Positions 1 through 8,791 of a stretch of DNA of 64,000 nucleotides are shown piece by piece. The notes beneath the pieces were generated by a model, which made no database searches, was not told the DNA's origin, and worked only from the letters and a program-made list of their open reading frames with translations. The stretch is from contig JBBDJR010000004.1 of assembly GCA_040879785.1 (NCBI GenBank), positions 14,778-78,777 on the forward strand, given 5' to 3'. A program made the translations under genes and the position numbers. The stretch comes from Candidatus Pacearchaeota archaeon (lineage in GTDB: Archaea > Nanobdellota > Nanobdellia > Pacearchaeales > GW2011-AR1). The stretch's first letter is position 1; each line of letters opens with the position of its first letter.

Positions 1-684
1 TGTGTTAAGAGTCTTTAGCATTTCGACCATAAATCTTTCTGTCCCTCTGAGTATTTCACATCCGGAGATATCCATTATATAAGAAGAGTTTCCTGTCTGT
101 GATATTTTTGTCTGGCTGCCCTCTCTTATTAGTAGCGAGGTCGCGTTTTTGCCTTCTGTTTCATTTCCCTTAAAAATCTCCATTCCAAACACCCCCATCA
201 TTCTTCCGAGATTTTCAACTCCTACCTTAGAATAACCTCCGCACTCTCTCCCGTATGTTATGTTTAGTGCAACATTTTTCCTCAATTCGAGCTCTCCTTC
301 AAAAGGCACCACGTCATCAAAAATTTTTGGGTTGTTTCTAAAATAAAATGTATAATTTGCTTCCCCTCCTCTGTAATTTACAGGCATTTTGGTTCCGTAT
401 GTTTTTAGACAGCCTTCAGGATTGCAGAACTCTATCTCTCCAAAGTTGATTCCTTCATATTCAAATTCACTTATCTCAGTTTTATCTCTATTAATCCAGA
501 ACGAAAAAACAAGAACTCCCAATATGATAACGACGGATAATATAACAACATTTCTTACAACTTTTTCTTGCTCATATTTCTTTCCTGAACTTTTATTTGC
601 AGGCTTTTTCTCCGCTACCTTTTTGCCTGCAGTTTTATTAGAAGATTTCTTTGTCGTTTTTTTCACACTTTTCTTTTTTGCCAT
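1..684 (-). CDS. Membrane-anchored hypothetical protein, 3' end truncated by window; paralog of 684..1292
   Basis: Manual translation from ATG at 684 (TAATG overlap with upstream stop): Lys-rich N-terminus, TM helix, EFEYEGINF and YFRNNP motifs. Confidence 0.7.
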   Translation of the reverse strand, partial: MAKKKSVKKTTKKSSNKTAGKKVAEKKPANKSSGKKYEQEKVVRNVVILSVVIILGVLVFSFWINRDKTEISEFEYEGINFGEIEFCNPEGCLKTYGTKMPVNYRGGEANYTFYFRNNPKIFDDVVPFEGELELRKNVALNITYGRECGGYSKVGVENLGRMMGVFGMEIFKGNETEGKNATSLLIREGSQTKISQTGNSSYIMDISGCEILRGTERFMVEMLKTLNT

Positions 685-1292
685 TATTTTATCTCCAAAA
701 TTTTAAACAGGAATTCGTCAGTTATTTTTGAAAGCTCTGAAGTCTGTCCTTCAATAAAAACGCAACTTTCTTCCTGTCTGATTCTACTTTCTATGTCTTC
801 TTTTATTATTATAAAGTTATCGCTGCATGTTTTCGTTTGTATTCCTTCGTCACATTCAACATCTTCCATACCATCAATCCCTTCGGGACAGGCAGTAATA
901 ACTCTTTCTGCAACGCTTCCCAGATTAACACTTATCTCACTTCTCGCCTCGGGACTTTCAGAATAAATGTAAAGCGGGCTGTCTTCATAAGAGAAGATAT
1001 CTTTTAGTTCTCCTTCAGGTTCAATATCAGGGATCTCGTTTGGATTGTTCCTAAAAGCGAAACCTCCTGCAACCCAGAATCCATTATTATAAACAAATTC
1101 AACTCCATTATATGTAATTCTGTCTTGCTCCGGTCTCTGTTCCTGGTTTCCGCCTACCCCAATACCAAACTGAAAAGCAAATCCCAACACACTAAAAAGC
1201 ATGATTCCTGTTAAGAAAATACCTATTGTTGCTCGCTTTTTTCTTTCTTTCTTTTCCCTCTCGCGTTTTGAAACAAAACCCTTTACTTTCAT
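684..1292 (-). CDS. Membrane-anchored hypothetical protein
   Basis: Basic N-terminus, one TM helix, ITYNGVEF and FRNNP motifs, Cys-containing C-terminal domain. Confidence 0.75.
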   Translation of the reverse strand: MKVKGFVSKREREKKERKKRATIGIFLTGIMLFSVLGFAFQFGIGVGGNQEQRPEQDRITYNGVEFVYNNGFWVAGGFAFRNNPNEIPDIEPEGELKDIFSYEDSPLYIYSESPEARSEISVNLGSVAERVITACPEGIDGMEDVECDEGIQTKTCSDNFIIIKEDIESRIRQEESCVFIEGQTSELSKITDEFLFKILEIK

Positions 1293-1422
1293 AAGAAATA
1301 CTATCTAACATGATTTATAAATTTTAGTTTGTTGCAAAGATATTCAAATCTCTAATAAATCTCTTGTTGGACTTTGGAAAGACAAGAATAATTATATAAA
1401 CATCTCCCGTTTTCTTTATTTA

Positions 1423-1719
1423 ATGAGATATACTCTCAAGTTTGGAAAGAGATTTGATAAAGAATTTAGTAAATTGGACAAGTCAATTTCTGAACAAATA
1501 GTCAAAAAGTTACGCAGGATAAAAGAAAATCCTGAAAGTATGGGAAAGCCTCTTTTTTATACCAAACCTGTCTTATGGGAATTTAAAGTGAAGATGTTCC
1601 GTGTATTTTACACTATAAAGAAGAATTCAGGAGAAATCTGGCTCTTATCTATAAAACACAAGAATGAAACTGATAGTTATATAAAAAAAGGTTATCTAAG
1701 GGATGTTAATGAATCTTGA
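1423..1719 (+). CDS. RelE/ParE family toxin
   Basis: 98 aa basic protein; F.KEFSKLD..I...I.KKL..I.ENP...GKPL and FRVFY pattern of RelE. Confidence 0.85.
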   Translation: MRYTLKFGKRFDKEFSKLDKSISEQIVKKLRRIKENPESMGKPLFYTKPVLWEFKVKMFRVFYTIKKNSGEIWLLSIKHKNETDSYIKKGYLRDVNES

Positions 1720-1897
1720 TATTGTGTTTTTTCTCAAATTGTTCTTCTGTTAAGTAATTTCCTGCTTCAATGTCTTTATGTTCTTTATACAGCTCCAGTA
1801 TTAAGTCTTCGTTCACTAAGGCAGCAAGACTCTCAACTACTCTTTTGAGACTCTCTAACTCATTTCTTAGTTCCATTATTTCTTTGGATTGCTCCAT
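1706..1897 (-). CDS. Putative RelB-like antitoxin
   Basis: 63 aa acidic coiled-coil with C-terminal DIEAGNYLTEEQF, typical of archaeal RelE partners. Confidence 0.6.
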   Translation of the reverse strand: MEQSKEIMELRNELESLKRVVESLAALVNEDLILELYKEHKDIEAGNYLTEEQFEKKHNIKIH

Positions 1898-1980
1898 ATT
1901 GAATATATCACCTGATTATATTTAAGCCTTTTGGTGTTATAAATATCCACGAGAACTCCTGCCAGAAGTTAAAATTGCTA

Positions 1981-2334
1981 TCAATCTAGATCAAGACTTA
2001 TCTTTAATGCAGCCTCAATTTTTTTCATATTATTATGATCCAAAGAAGAAATTTTTTTAAGAATTCGTGATTTATCAATAGTCCTAATTTGATTTAATAA
2101 GATTGTTGAATTTTTATCAAGATTAGAAATTTCCTTTTCCAAGAAAACATTTGTAGGGTATTCTTTTTTGTAAATCTTTGAAGTTATTGCTGCGATGATT
2201 GCCACAGGAGAATATTCGTTGTACAAGTCATTTTGGATTATTAGAGCAGGCCTAATTCCTCCTTGCTCACTCCCAACAACAGGTTCCATATTTGTAAGCA
2301 CTATATCCCCTCTTTTTATTTTTACCATCTCCAT
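1981..2334 (-). CDS. mazF: MazF/PemK family endoribonuclease toxin
   Basis: KRGDIV, GSEQGGIRPALIIQND, QIRTIDKSR motifs. Confidence 0.93.
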   Translation of the reverse strand: MEMVKIKRGDIVLTNMEPVVGSEQGGIRPALIIQNDLYNEYSPVAIIAAITSKIYKKEYPTNVFLEKEISNLDKNSTILLNQIRTIDKSRILKKISSLDHNNMKKIEAALKISLDLD

Positions 2335-2552
2335 TTATTCAAATCTTCTATAGATTCAAACTCTCTTGTTATCTTGAGATTCCCTTCAGCCATTTCTTTT
2401 GCACCCTCAATCATTAACTCTTTTCTCTCCATTTCTTTTTTTTCAACCTGGTTTAGCATTTTAATTATTATGCTTTCGTAAGTTTCTTTACCTATTTTCA
2501 ATCTATCAAGAGCCTTTTTTACATCCTCGTTAAGCTGTATACTTGTTACCAT
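2322..2552 (-). CDS. Ribbon-helix-helix antitoxin of MazF
   Basis: TSIQL...VKKALDRLK...ETYESII RHH pattern; overlaps mazF start. Confidence 0.8.
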   Translation of the reverse strand: MVTSIQLNEDVKKALDRLKIGKETYESIIIKMLNQVEKKEMERKELMIEGAKEMAEGNLKITREFESIEDLNKWRW

Positions 2553-2556
2553 AATT

Positions 2557-2573
2557 CTATAGTGGGGCTATAG
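2557..2573. promoter_or_regulatory. Palindromic operator candidate of the mazEF promoter
   Basis: CTATAG-N5-CTATAG between TATA (tttaaa, ~2577) and ATG at 2552. Confidence 0.55.
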
Positions 2574-2615
2574 TATTTAAAACTTTCTCAAGATACCATC
2601 TCTCACGAAGCTCCC

Positions 2616-2699
2616 GCTAGATGTTAAAAAAATAAATCAAAATCAAAGATTTTTCAAGATTTCTTTAACACAGCACCAGCTAGATGTTAAAAAAATAAA
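2616..2699. repeat. 21-bp direct repeat GCTAGATGTTAAAAAAATAAA (2616-2636, 2679-2699), with a degenerate third copy at 1948-1974
   Basis: Exact duplicate read from sequence; U-rich on the minus strand just downstream of the S-layer stop. Confidence 0.75.
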
Positions 2700-2726
2700 G
2701 AAAAAGAAAAAAATAAAAAATTGGGT

Positions 2727-5135
2727 TTATTCAACTAGTGTCGCTGTTGCAGCACTTCCTTGTTCGTAAACTACCTTCTCACCAACAGATGTATCGATGC
2801 TTCCGTCTGGTCTGTTCATTAGAAGATTAACTGCATTTGTAGTGTCTTCTCTCTCATAACCAGCTACAAGCAATGCGATCTTTCCTGATTGTCCACCTGC
2901 GTCCGCAGCGTCAAAACTCTCAATTAAGAATTCTCCAGAACCAACTCCTGTTGCATCTGTCCAGTCACTTCCACAGTGTGCTCCACCTACAAGGCTAGCA
3001 GCTACTGAGTTAATACAGCTTCCACCAACAACGATAAGGTTTTTGTTCATGTCTTCAGAAGTTATTACATTATCTGCAAAAACAACATTCTCGTCAAGCT
3101 CACCGTTTTCTTCGACAGTATCTGTTGAAGACACGAAGATTCTACCAAAAGATTCTTCGCCGTGGTAAGTTACAGTAGCTGTCTTCTCATCTCCGCTCGT
3201 GTCCCAATCAATTTTTGAGGCAAGTTCAGATTCAACATAACCAACATAGTCATCTGTAGACTGGATTCTCTTAGTTGGATCTGAAAATGTTGTTCCAGTA
3301 GATGTACCGTTTACTCCAACCGCATTAACATGGATTGTTTCATCACTAGCATCTCTTGGTTCAAGAGTTAATCTTATCTGTCCTCCAGCTGCAAGCGACT
3401 GATCTTTGTCTTGCTCATCCATGAACAAGTACCAGCTTTCATTGTTGTGTCCTGTTTGCCCGACACTTGTTGCATTAATTGGATGGAAAGCACCTTTTTC
3501 AGTGGTCTGATTGTTTGCAGTCTCATAAGGCAAGTAAATCTTCAAGCCATCAGCAGTGTAAATGTTCCTCATAACTCCTGCATCTGTACTTGCAAGGTTA
3601 GTTATAGTAAGGTTAAAGTCACTAGAACTTACTCTTGCATCTACATCAACCTGAATCTCTATATCTCCAGCAACAATTGTGCTTCCGTCTGATACTTTAT
3701 ATGTTGTACCAGAACCTAATGAAGTAATGCTTGTTTCGTTATCCGAATTAACGGATGAAACTCTGAACACTTCCGAATACGCATCAGTTGAGCCTTCCCA
3801 TGAAGCAACAAACCACTCGTGATTCTGGCTCGCATTAAATGCAACAGAACTACTATTAGAAGTTACAAGTAACTTGTCATCAGATTCACCAATTCCTTTT
3901 ATGGCTGCAGTACTCTCATTGTGATATAACAATGGAAGAGTCACACTGCCTCCTTTCAAGGGAGCAGTTAGAGTAATATGTGAACCAGAATCCTCAATTC
4001 GTGTCACTTCTTCTGAAGGTGTATGGAATTCTGTCATTGAAAGCTTGAAAGTCTCAAATCCTGGAAGAACCATCTCATGGTCAGGGGTTACCCAAGCTCT
4101 ATCACTTGTTTCCCACTGAAGCTTAACACCTGAAAACTCTCCAGATGAATTTATACTTCCTGAAACAACAGTAAGTCCTTCAACAGTATCTCCATTCAAT
4201 TCAACTTCAGCTCCTTCTTCCAAAACAAGTTCTCCAGTACCAATGCTGAAATCAACAAACGCGTTAGGGTCGTCTGCGAATGCAGGCTCGTTAAATTCTT
4301 TAACACCTACATGAGTCCCATCACCTAAATCATAAGTATCTCCTGATCCAAGCCTTCCAGTAGTATCTCCGTCAACAGTTAGCTTAGCACCATCACTCGT
4401 TATAGAGTGTATGATTACATCGTAAGAAGTTCCATCAACAGTAAGTGTTATGGTTTCTCCAGGCGTAAGGCTTCCTTCAGTAGCTGAATCAAGCAATGTA
4501 ATCTTGTTACCGCTACCCGCACTTGTAGAACTCTCTATGCTTGAGATGAAGTACTCTTGTCCGAAAAGCTCAATGTTTGTTGTATCAAGCTTAGCAGCCG
4601 TAAAATCAGGCTTTGTCTGAAACTCCATAGTGTAGTTAAGAACTTCTGTTCCTGAGGAAGTCAATGAGATTCCTATTGTAGGAACGTCGTCCAAATCACT
4701 ATCCCTGAAGTGAGTTAGCTTAAGATTAGTGCTAAACTCAATCTTCTGTGTGAAGTCGAAGTCTTTATTGTCATCGTCTCTGAAAGTTCCATCACCTAAA
4801 AGATTTTCCAATTGAGCCTTTCTCAGAGTATCACGAACTCCGTTCGCATTGTCTCCAAGATTGAACTTATTTCCTGTTCTTTCAATCTCAAAATTTTCAC
4901 TTCCGACACCAGCAGCAGTGCCTGTTGCCAAAGCCAAAAGATCGTTAGCGACCTTTGTAGCTCCTGCCTCGTCTGTTGCAGAAACTCCTGTTCCTGAACC
5001 GTGAACAACCGCAAAGTCAGCTACTCCGTCTTCAACGAATGGAGCCGGATAGTTCTGAGCACCTACTCCTGCAGTCAAACCAAGAGTCATAAGACCCATA
5101 GCTACAGCAGCAATTTGCTTAAATTTATATTTCAT
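2727..5135 (-). CDS. S-layer protein (Methanococcus-type N and C domains)
   Basis: Signal peptide, YPAPFV..G...FAVVHG start, C-terminal NLIVVGGSCINSVAA and LLVAGY motifs; acidic, Ser/Thr-rich; AAGGAGG upstream. Confidence 0.85.
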   Translation of the reverse strand: MKYKFKQIAAVAMGLMTLGLTAGVGAQNYPAPFVEDGVADFAVVHGSGTGVSATDEAGATKVANDLLALATGTAAGVGSENFEIERTGNKFNLGDNANGVRDTLRKAQLENLLGDGTFRDDDNKDFDFTQKIEFSTNLKLTHFRDSDLDDVPTIGISLTSSGTEVLNYTMEFQTKPDFTAAKLDTTNIELFGQEYFISSIESSTSAGSGNKITLLDSATEGSLTPGETITLTVDGTSYDVIIHSITSDGAKLTVDGDTTGRLGSGDTYDLGDGTHVGVKEFNEPAFADDPNAFVDFSIGTGELVLEEGAEVELNGDTVEGLTVVSGSINSSGEFSGVKLQWETSDRAWVTPDHEMVLPGFETFKLSMTEFHTPSEEVTRIEDSGSHITLTAPLKGGSVTLPLLYHNESTAAIKGIGESDDKLLVTSNSSSVAFNASQNHEWFVASWEGSTDAYSEVFRVSSVNSDNETSITSLGSGTTYKVSDGSTIVAGDIEIQVDVDARVSSSDFNLTITNLASTDAGVMRNIYTADGLKIYLPYETANNQTTEKGAFHPINATSVGQTGHNNESWYLFMDEQDKDQSLAAGGQIRLTLEPRDASDETIHVNAVGVNGTSTGTTFSDPTKRIQSTDDYVGYVESELASKIDWDTSGDEKTATVTYHGEESFGRIFVSSTDTVEENGELDENVVFADNVITSEDMNKNLIVVGGSCINSVAASLVGGAHCGSDWTDATGVGSGEFLIESFDAADAGGQSGKIALLVAGYEREDTTNAVNLLMNRPDGSIDTSVGEKVVYEQGSAATATLVE

Positions 5136-5625
5136 ATATTATTTATTAAACCTCCTTTCAGCTCTATCAAAGAACTGCCTAAGGCAATTTTCACTATCTG
5201 TATGACCATAGGGTAGAGTCATCAGACTTAGTGAATGTGAAAGACCAGAATTAAGGCCCGTTTGATTTGATTGCTCTGGGCTCTGCCCAAGCAAATGATT
5301 TGAAGAGATATTTAGTGTATTAATCTGATTTACGGAAAGTCTTGTAGTGCCTAAATTGTTAGAGATATCTAATTTTGTAGTGTCTAAATCACTTAGACTA
5401 AATTTATTCATTAGGTCTATGGTAGAGTTTCCAGAACTCATATTAGGAACTTTCCCAAAATTCGCTCCGTCCAATCCAGTTTTTTTCATTTTATTGATAT
5501 GCATCGAATTTTTTACTCCTTCGTTTGGTCGTTTTTCGAACCAACACCCCATATCTATCTTCTTGGATGTTTTTCTTATCCCCTATTAGAACGCCCCTTA
5601 TCTTTCCTCTACCTCAAGGCGTATT
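5136..5625 (-). promoter_or_regulatory. Long structured 5' leader of the S-layer gene, with box C/D-like motif
   Basis: TATA at 5644-5651; several stems; UGAUGA(5224-5219)-CUCUA...UAGAG-CUGA(5161-5158) directly followed by AAGGAGG. Confidence 0.55.
5139..5552 (-). CDS. Possible leader ORF, 137 aa, Ser/Asn-rich
   Basis: Open frame ending 3 nt before the S-layer ATG; no recognisable domain. Confidence 0.4.
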   Translation of the reverse strand: MGCWFEKRPNEGVKNSMHINKMKKTGLDGANFGKVPNMSSGNSTIDLMNKFSLSDLDTTKLDISNNLGTTRLSVNQINTLNISSNHLLGQSPEQSNQTGLNSGLSHSLSLMTLPYGHTDSENCLRQFFDRAERRFNK

Positions 5626-5984
5626 AGTCAAAATGCGTTTTCCTTTAAAAAGCTTACTGTTCAATACCTTAAAATATCCCAAAAAACCCTATTTTTAAGG
5701 TTTTATTTATAAAGCTTTTGGTATCACTAATATATAAACACATATCTCCAATTTTGGCAAAACGAAAGATTTATTAATATGTACCACTTATGTTGTAATA
5801 TATTATTAGTATAACCATATAACTACAATATATATAATAAAGATATCTATTAGAAGAAAACATATAATAATATAATATCCTTTAATATGAGATTAAGAAG
5901 TTATAAAAGCAATTAAAAAACCCAAAAAACCAAACAAACACCTAAACAGTTAACTAAACGCCCAACACAATTTAAAGACAAAAT

Positions 5985-6338
5985 ATGGCAACAACAAAAA
6001 CAAGAGAAATAACAATATCTGAATCAAAAGGAGCATTCTATCTATTCAAAAAAGCAGGATTCTCCAAAAAAGACTATGATTTTGAGGGTTTGACGGCTCT
6101 GAGAAGGATACTGAGCAACGAAAGGGCCAGAATTCTCCATTCAATAAAGAACCAGGAACCCACCTCAATCTACGATTTAGCCAAAAAATTAGGCAGAAAC
6201 TTCAAATCTGTAAGTGATGACATAAAACTCCTTGAAAGATTCGGCTTCATAGAGTTAATAGAGGAAAAAACAAAGAAAAGAACGAGGCACAAGCCGGTAA
6301 TCTCAGCAGACACAATCACAATTAATATCAAAATTTAA
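5985..6338 (+). CDS. Winged HTH transcriptional regulator (HVO_A0114/ArsR-like)
   Basis: SIYDLAKKLGRNFKSVSDDIKLLERFGFIEL helix-turn-helix. Confidence 0.85.
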   Translation: MATTKTREITISESKGAFYLFKKAGFSKKDYDFEGLTALRRILSNERARILHSIKNQEPTSIYDLAKKLGRNFKSVSDDIKLLERFGFIELIEEKTKKRTRHKPVISADTITINIKI

Positions 6339-6414
6339 TCTGATTAGAAGATTAAATCTGTAAACCTGAAAAATCAATTTTAAAAGGTAGGTTTAATCAG
6401 GTCCTGATTCTATT

Positions 6415-6651
6415 CTAAGAAGTTATGCGAACGTTGTCGGGAAGAGAAATCTTAACACTTTTCATCCAATCTTCCTTCCTCTTAATTAAATTAAATATTT
6501 TATATCCTGTAAGCTCGTTTGTTTTTTTGTTTCGCCCTTCAAACAAATCCTCATCTACCTCGTTATAATAAGAGGGTGCAGAATCTCCTATAAAAATCTC
6601 TAAAAGATCTGTTTCAGGATTATAGTTTATTTCTATTTTATTAGAGGTCAT
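6415..6651 (-). CDS. DUF2283-like putative antitoxin
   Basis: INYNPETDLLEIFIG...ELTGYKIFN; paralog of 60651..60911. Confidence 0.7.
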   Translation of the reverse strand: MTSNKIEINYNPETDLLEIFIGDSAPSYYNEVDEDLFEGRNKKTNELTGYKIFNLIKRKEDWMKSVKISLPDNVRITS

Positions 6652-6815
6652 TTTTTATTTATATGTTGGGTGTAAAACACAGTTATTACAAAGCCGTCTC
6701 CGTTTAAATATTTTAGCAGCTATATCTGGGTACTTGACGGTTATATGATTCCACTGCTTACTAGTCAACCTTATTTTCCTCCCTGTATTATCCACAACCT
6801 CAAAATATTTGTCAT
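6652..6815 (-). pseudogene. Decayed toxin gene, paralog of 60377..60670
   Basis: Fragments FEVVDNTGRKIRLTSKQWNHI and KYLNGDGFVITVFY match both ends of the 97-aa paralog; internal deletion and frameshifts. Confidence 0.75.
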
Positions 6816-6821
6816 TTTATT

Positions 6822-7328
6822 CTAAGCATAATAAGCCCTAAAATTAATCCTTATCTTTATTCTTTCCCTTCCTCTAACAAAATCCTGAGAAGCCTCTCTA
6901 TAATTTGAGGTCCGATTCCCCTCCGAAAGAGAAAGAATATCACTTCCTCCATCCGAAGTTATGTTAAGCTCATACCCTCTCACAGGCCGATTACCTTCAA
7001 ACGGCCATCCCCGCCCCACAATATTTGTAAGAGTATCTTCTAAAACATCGCAAGAAAAATCCCCATCAACACATGTTTGCCTATTACTACACTCAAAAAT
7101 CAAATCCTGAACGTCATGATATCTCCCTCCGGGTCCGCTACACTCTGTTGTGACATGTAAAGACGACTGTAAAAAGCTATTCGCTTCAAAACTCTCAACG
7201 CCTTCATCATTCCCTCCTCTTATATAGAAACTAAGCAAAAACAAAAGGATTATAGCCACAATTATTATAATCACTGCAAATCCCACAATTTCTTCCTGCC
7301 CGCGTTTATTTTTAATCACCATTTTCAT
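6822..7328 (-). CDS. Class III signal peptide (pilin-like) protein
   Basis: NKRG/QEEIVGFAVIIIIVAIILLFLL N-terminus. Confidence 0.75.
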   Translation of the reverse strand: MKMVIKNKRGQEEIVGFAVIIIIVAIILLFLLSFYIRGGNDEGVESFEANSFLQSSLHVTTECSGPGGRYHDVQDLIFECSNRQTCVDGDFSCDVLEDTLTNIVGRGWPFEGNRPVRGYELNITSDGGSDILSLSEGNRTSNYREASQDFVRGRERIKIRINFRAYYA

Positions 7329-7802
7329 TTAACCCCCATGATACACAATCAACCTCGCCAAATCGCAATCTTCCTGTATCAATCCGTTTATATTTTCATA
7401 TCTACATAAGGCGACGAAGTTCGAAACCCCGACTCCTGAACCCCCTCCATCCAGAATTGTAATCTCTCTGCTTCCAGGATAAATTTCTTTTATCTCTATT
7501 CCATCAACTCCCCAAAAACCAGAGTACTTGCCCGAAACCCCTTGAAGAGCAATAACCTTATCTGCGTCAACACAACTTAACTTTGTTCCCCCGAAAGCAC
7601 TTCCACAAGAAAACTCAGGAGAATTTGCAAGCTTTGAAACAAGAGTCAGAGCATCTCTCTCTTCAATATCTTCCGCAGACTGCCTCAAGTCAGAGAAGAA
7701 AATCATCAAAATAAACATCCCTACAATAGCAAAAAACAGAGTCACGGCTAAAAGCATGAACGCCATCTGCTGTATCTTCATCTGCCCTTTTTTATCTACC
7801 AT
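7329..7802 (-). CDS. Class III signal peptide (pilin-like) protein
   Basis: DKKG/QMKIQQMAFMLLAVTLFF N-terminus. Confidence 0.75.
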   Translation of the reverse strand: MVDKKGQMKIQQMAFMLLAVTLFFAIVGMFILMIFFSDLRQSAEDIEERDALTLVSKLANSPEFSCGSAFGGTKLSCVDADKVIALQGVSGKYSGFWGVDGIEIKEIYPGSREITILDGGGSGVGVSNFVALCRYENINGLIQEDCDLARLIVYHGG

Positions 7803-8791
7803 AGCTTACACCTCGCTCCGCTGTTTTCATCATCTACATTTCTTACAAGAGCTTTAATATTAAGAAGATCCTTTGAAGTTTGAACTTCTCTAAACGCATT
7901 CCTCAACTGAAGAATATCATTATTCGAAGTACACCCTTGAGACGAGAGAAAACTTTCTTTTTGATTATAAATTGTAGAGAGTTCGTCGGCCCTTTTCATA
8001 AGCCTCTCAACCTGACACTCATAAATACTCGGTTCAGAAAAAATAGCAGCATACATCAAAGCATCTTCCGCAAAGTACATTGTTCCACTATCTTTCTGAA
8101 CTTCGCTTCTACCATAACGAACATTAACATCGCAATTAACTTCCGAAGAACCGCCAAAACACACATTTATGCTTTCTGCAGGACATTCTTCATCTCCGGT
8201 ATCTCCACCCTCGATAAATACGTTCCAGTTTTCATTTCCCTTTTTCAGGTCACTTAATTCTTTTCTAATATCTTCTTCCGCATCTCCATCAAAACCAGAG
8301 AAACAATAATTCTCGTCGGCAGAAGTCATATAGATAACATCGGAAATTTTGAAAGGAAAATTAAACGGCTTTGAAAAAAGAAAGAAATTCCTTCCTTCAA
8401 CATCTCCCTCTGAAAAAATATATTTATTCTCAAACCTAGAGCTAAGATTGGTCTCGCTCCAGCTTCCACGGGTTTTCTGTGAGACTCTTACTCTTTGCTC
8501 TCCGAATGTTCCTGATGAAGAACACCTGTTATGAATTATTGTTTCAAGAGGCATAGTCAAAAAATTAACCTGCCCGGACTCAAACCCTGTCTCTAATGGA
8601 TTCAACAAAACGCCAATCTCTGCCCCAGCTCTCGCATCCGAGACATCGTTGCTCGTATCAACAATCTGCGCAACCCCATATATCGCAAGGAAAAGTATAA
8701 ACCCTCCTGCAATTATCGCAAAAAGCCAGGCAAACGACATCTGAAATCCGTGATTATTTCTCATCTTCTGCCCCCAGATTTTTCTTTGCAA
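7796..8791 (-). CDS. Pilin-like Cys-rich protein (true start probably MRNNHG near 8764)
   Basis: HG/FQMSFAWLFAIIAGGFILFL hydrophobic N-terminal helix. Confidence 0.65.
   Translation of the reverse strand: MQRKIWGQKMRNNHGFQMSFAWLFAIIAGGFILFLAIYGVAQIVDTSNDVSDARAGAEIGVLLNPLETGFESGQVNFLTMPLETIIHNRCSSSGTFGEQRVRVSQKTRGSWSETNLSSRFENKYIFSEGDVEGRNFFLFSKPFNFPFKISDVIYMTSADENYCFSGFDGDAEEDIRKELSDLKKGNENWNVFIEGGDTGDEECPAESINVCFGGSSEVNCDVNVRYGRSEVQKDSGTMYFAEDALMYAAIFSEPSIYECQVERLMKRADELSTIYNQKESFLSSQGCTSNNDILQLRNAFREVQTSKDLLNIKALVRNVDDENSGARCKLW

Noticed and set aside
1948..2699. CRISPR array
   Set aside because: Only 2-3 degenerate copies with irregular spacing; no cas operon in the window
5165..5230. 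Hammerhead ribozyme (CUGAUGA...GAAA-stem-UC on minus strand)
   Set aside because: Stem III forms, but stems I and II adjacent to the core do not pair
5210..5300. Fluoride riboswitch (CUGAUGACUCUAC resembles its 3' end)
   Set aside because: The upstream GGNGAUGG...CC P1 element is absent and the downstream gene is not fluoride-related
5525..5552. tRNA-like GGTTCGAA sequence
   Set aside because: No T-stem or cloverleaf can be formed
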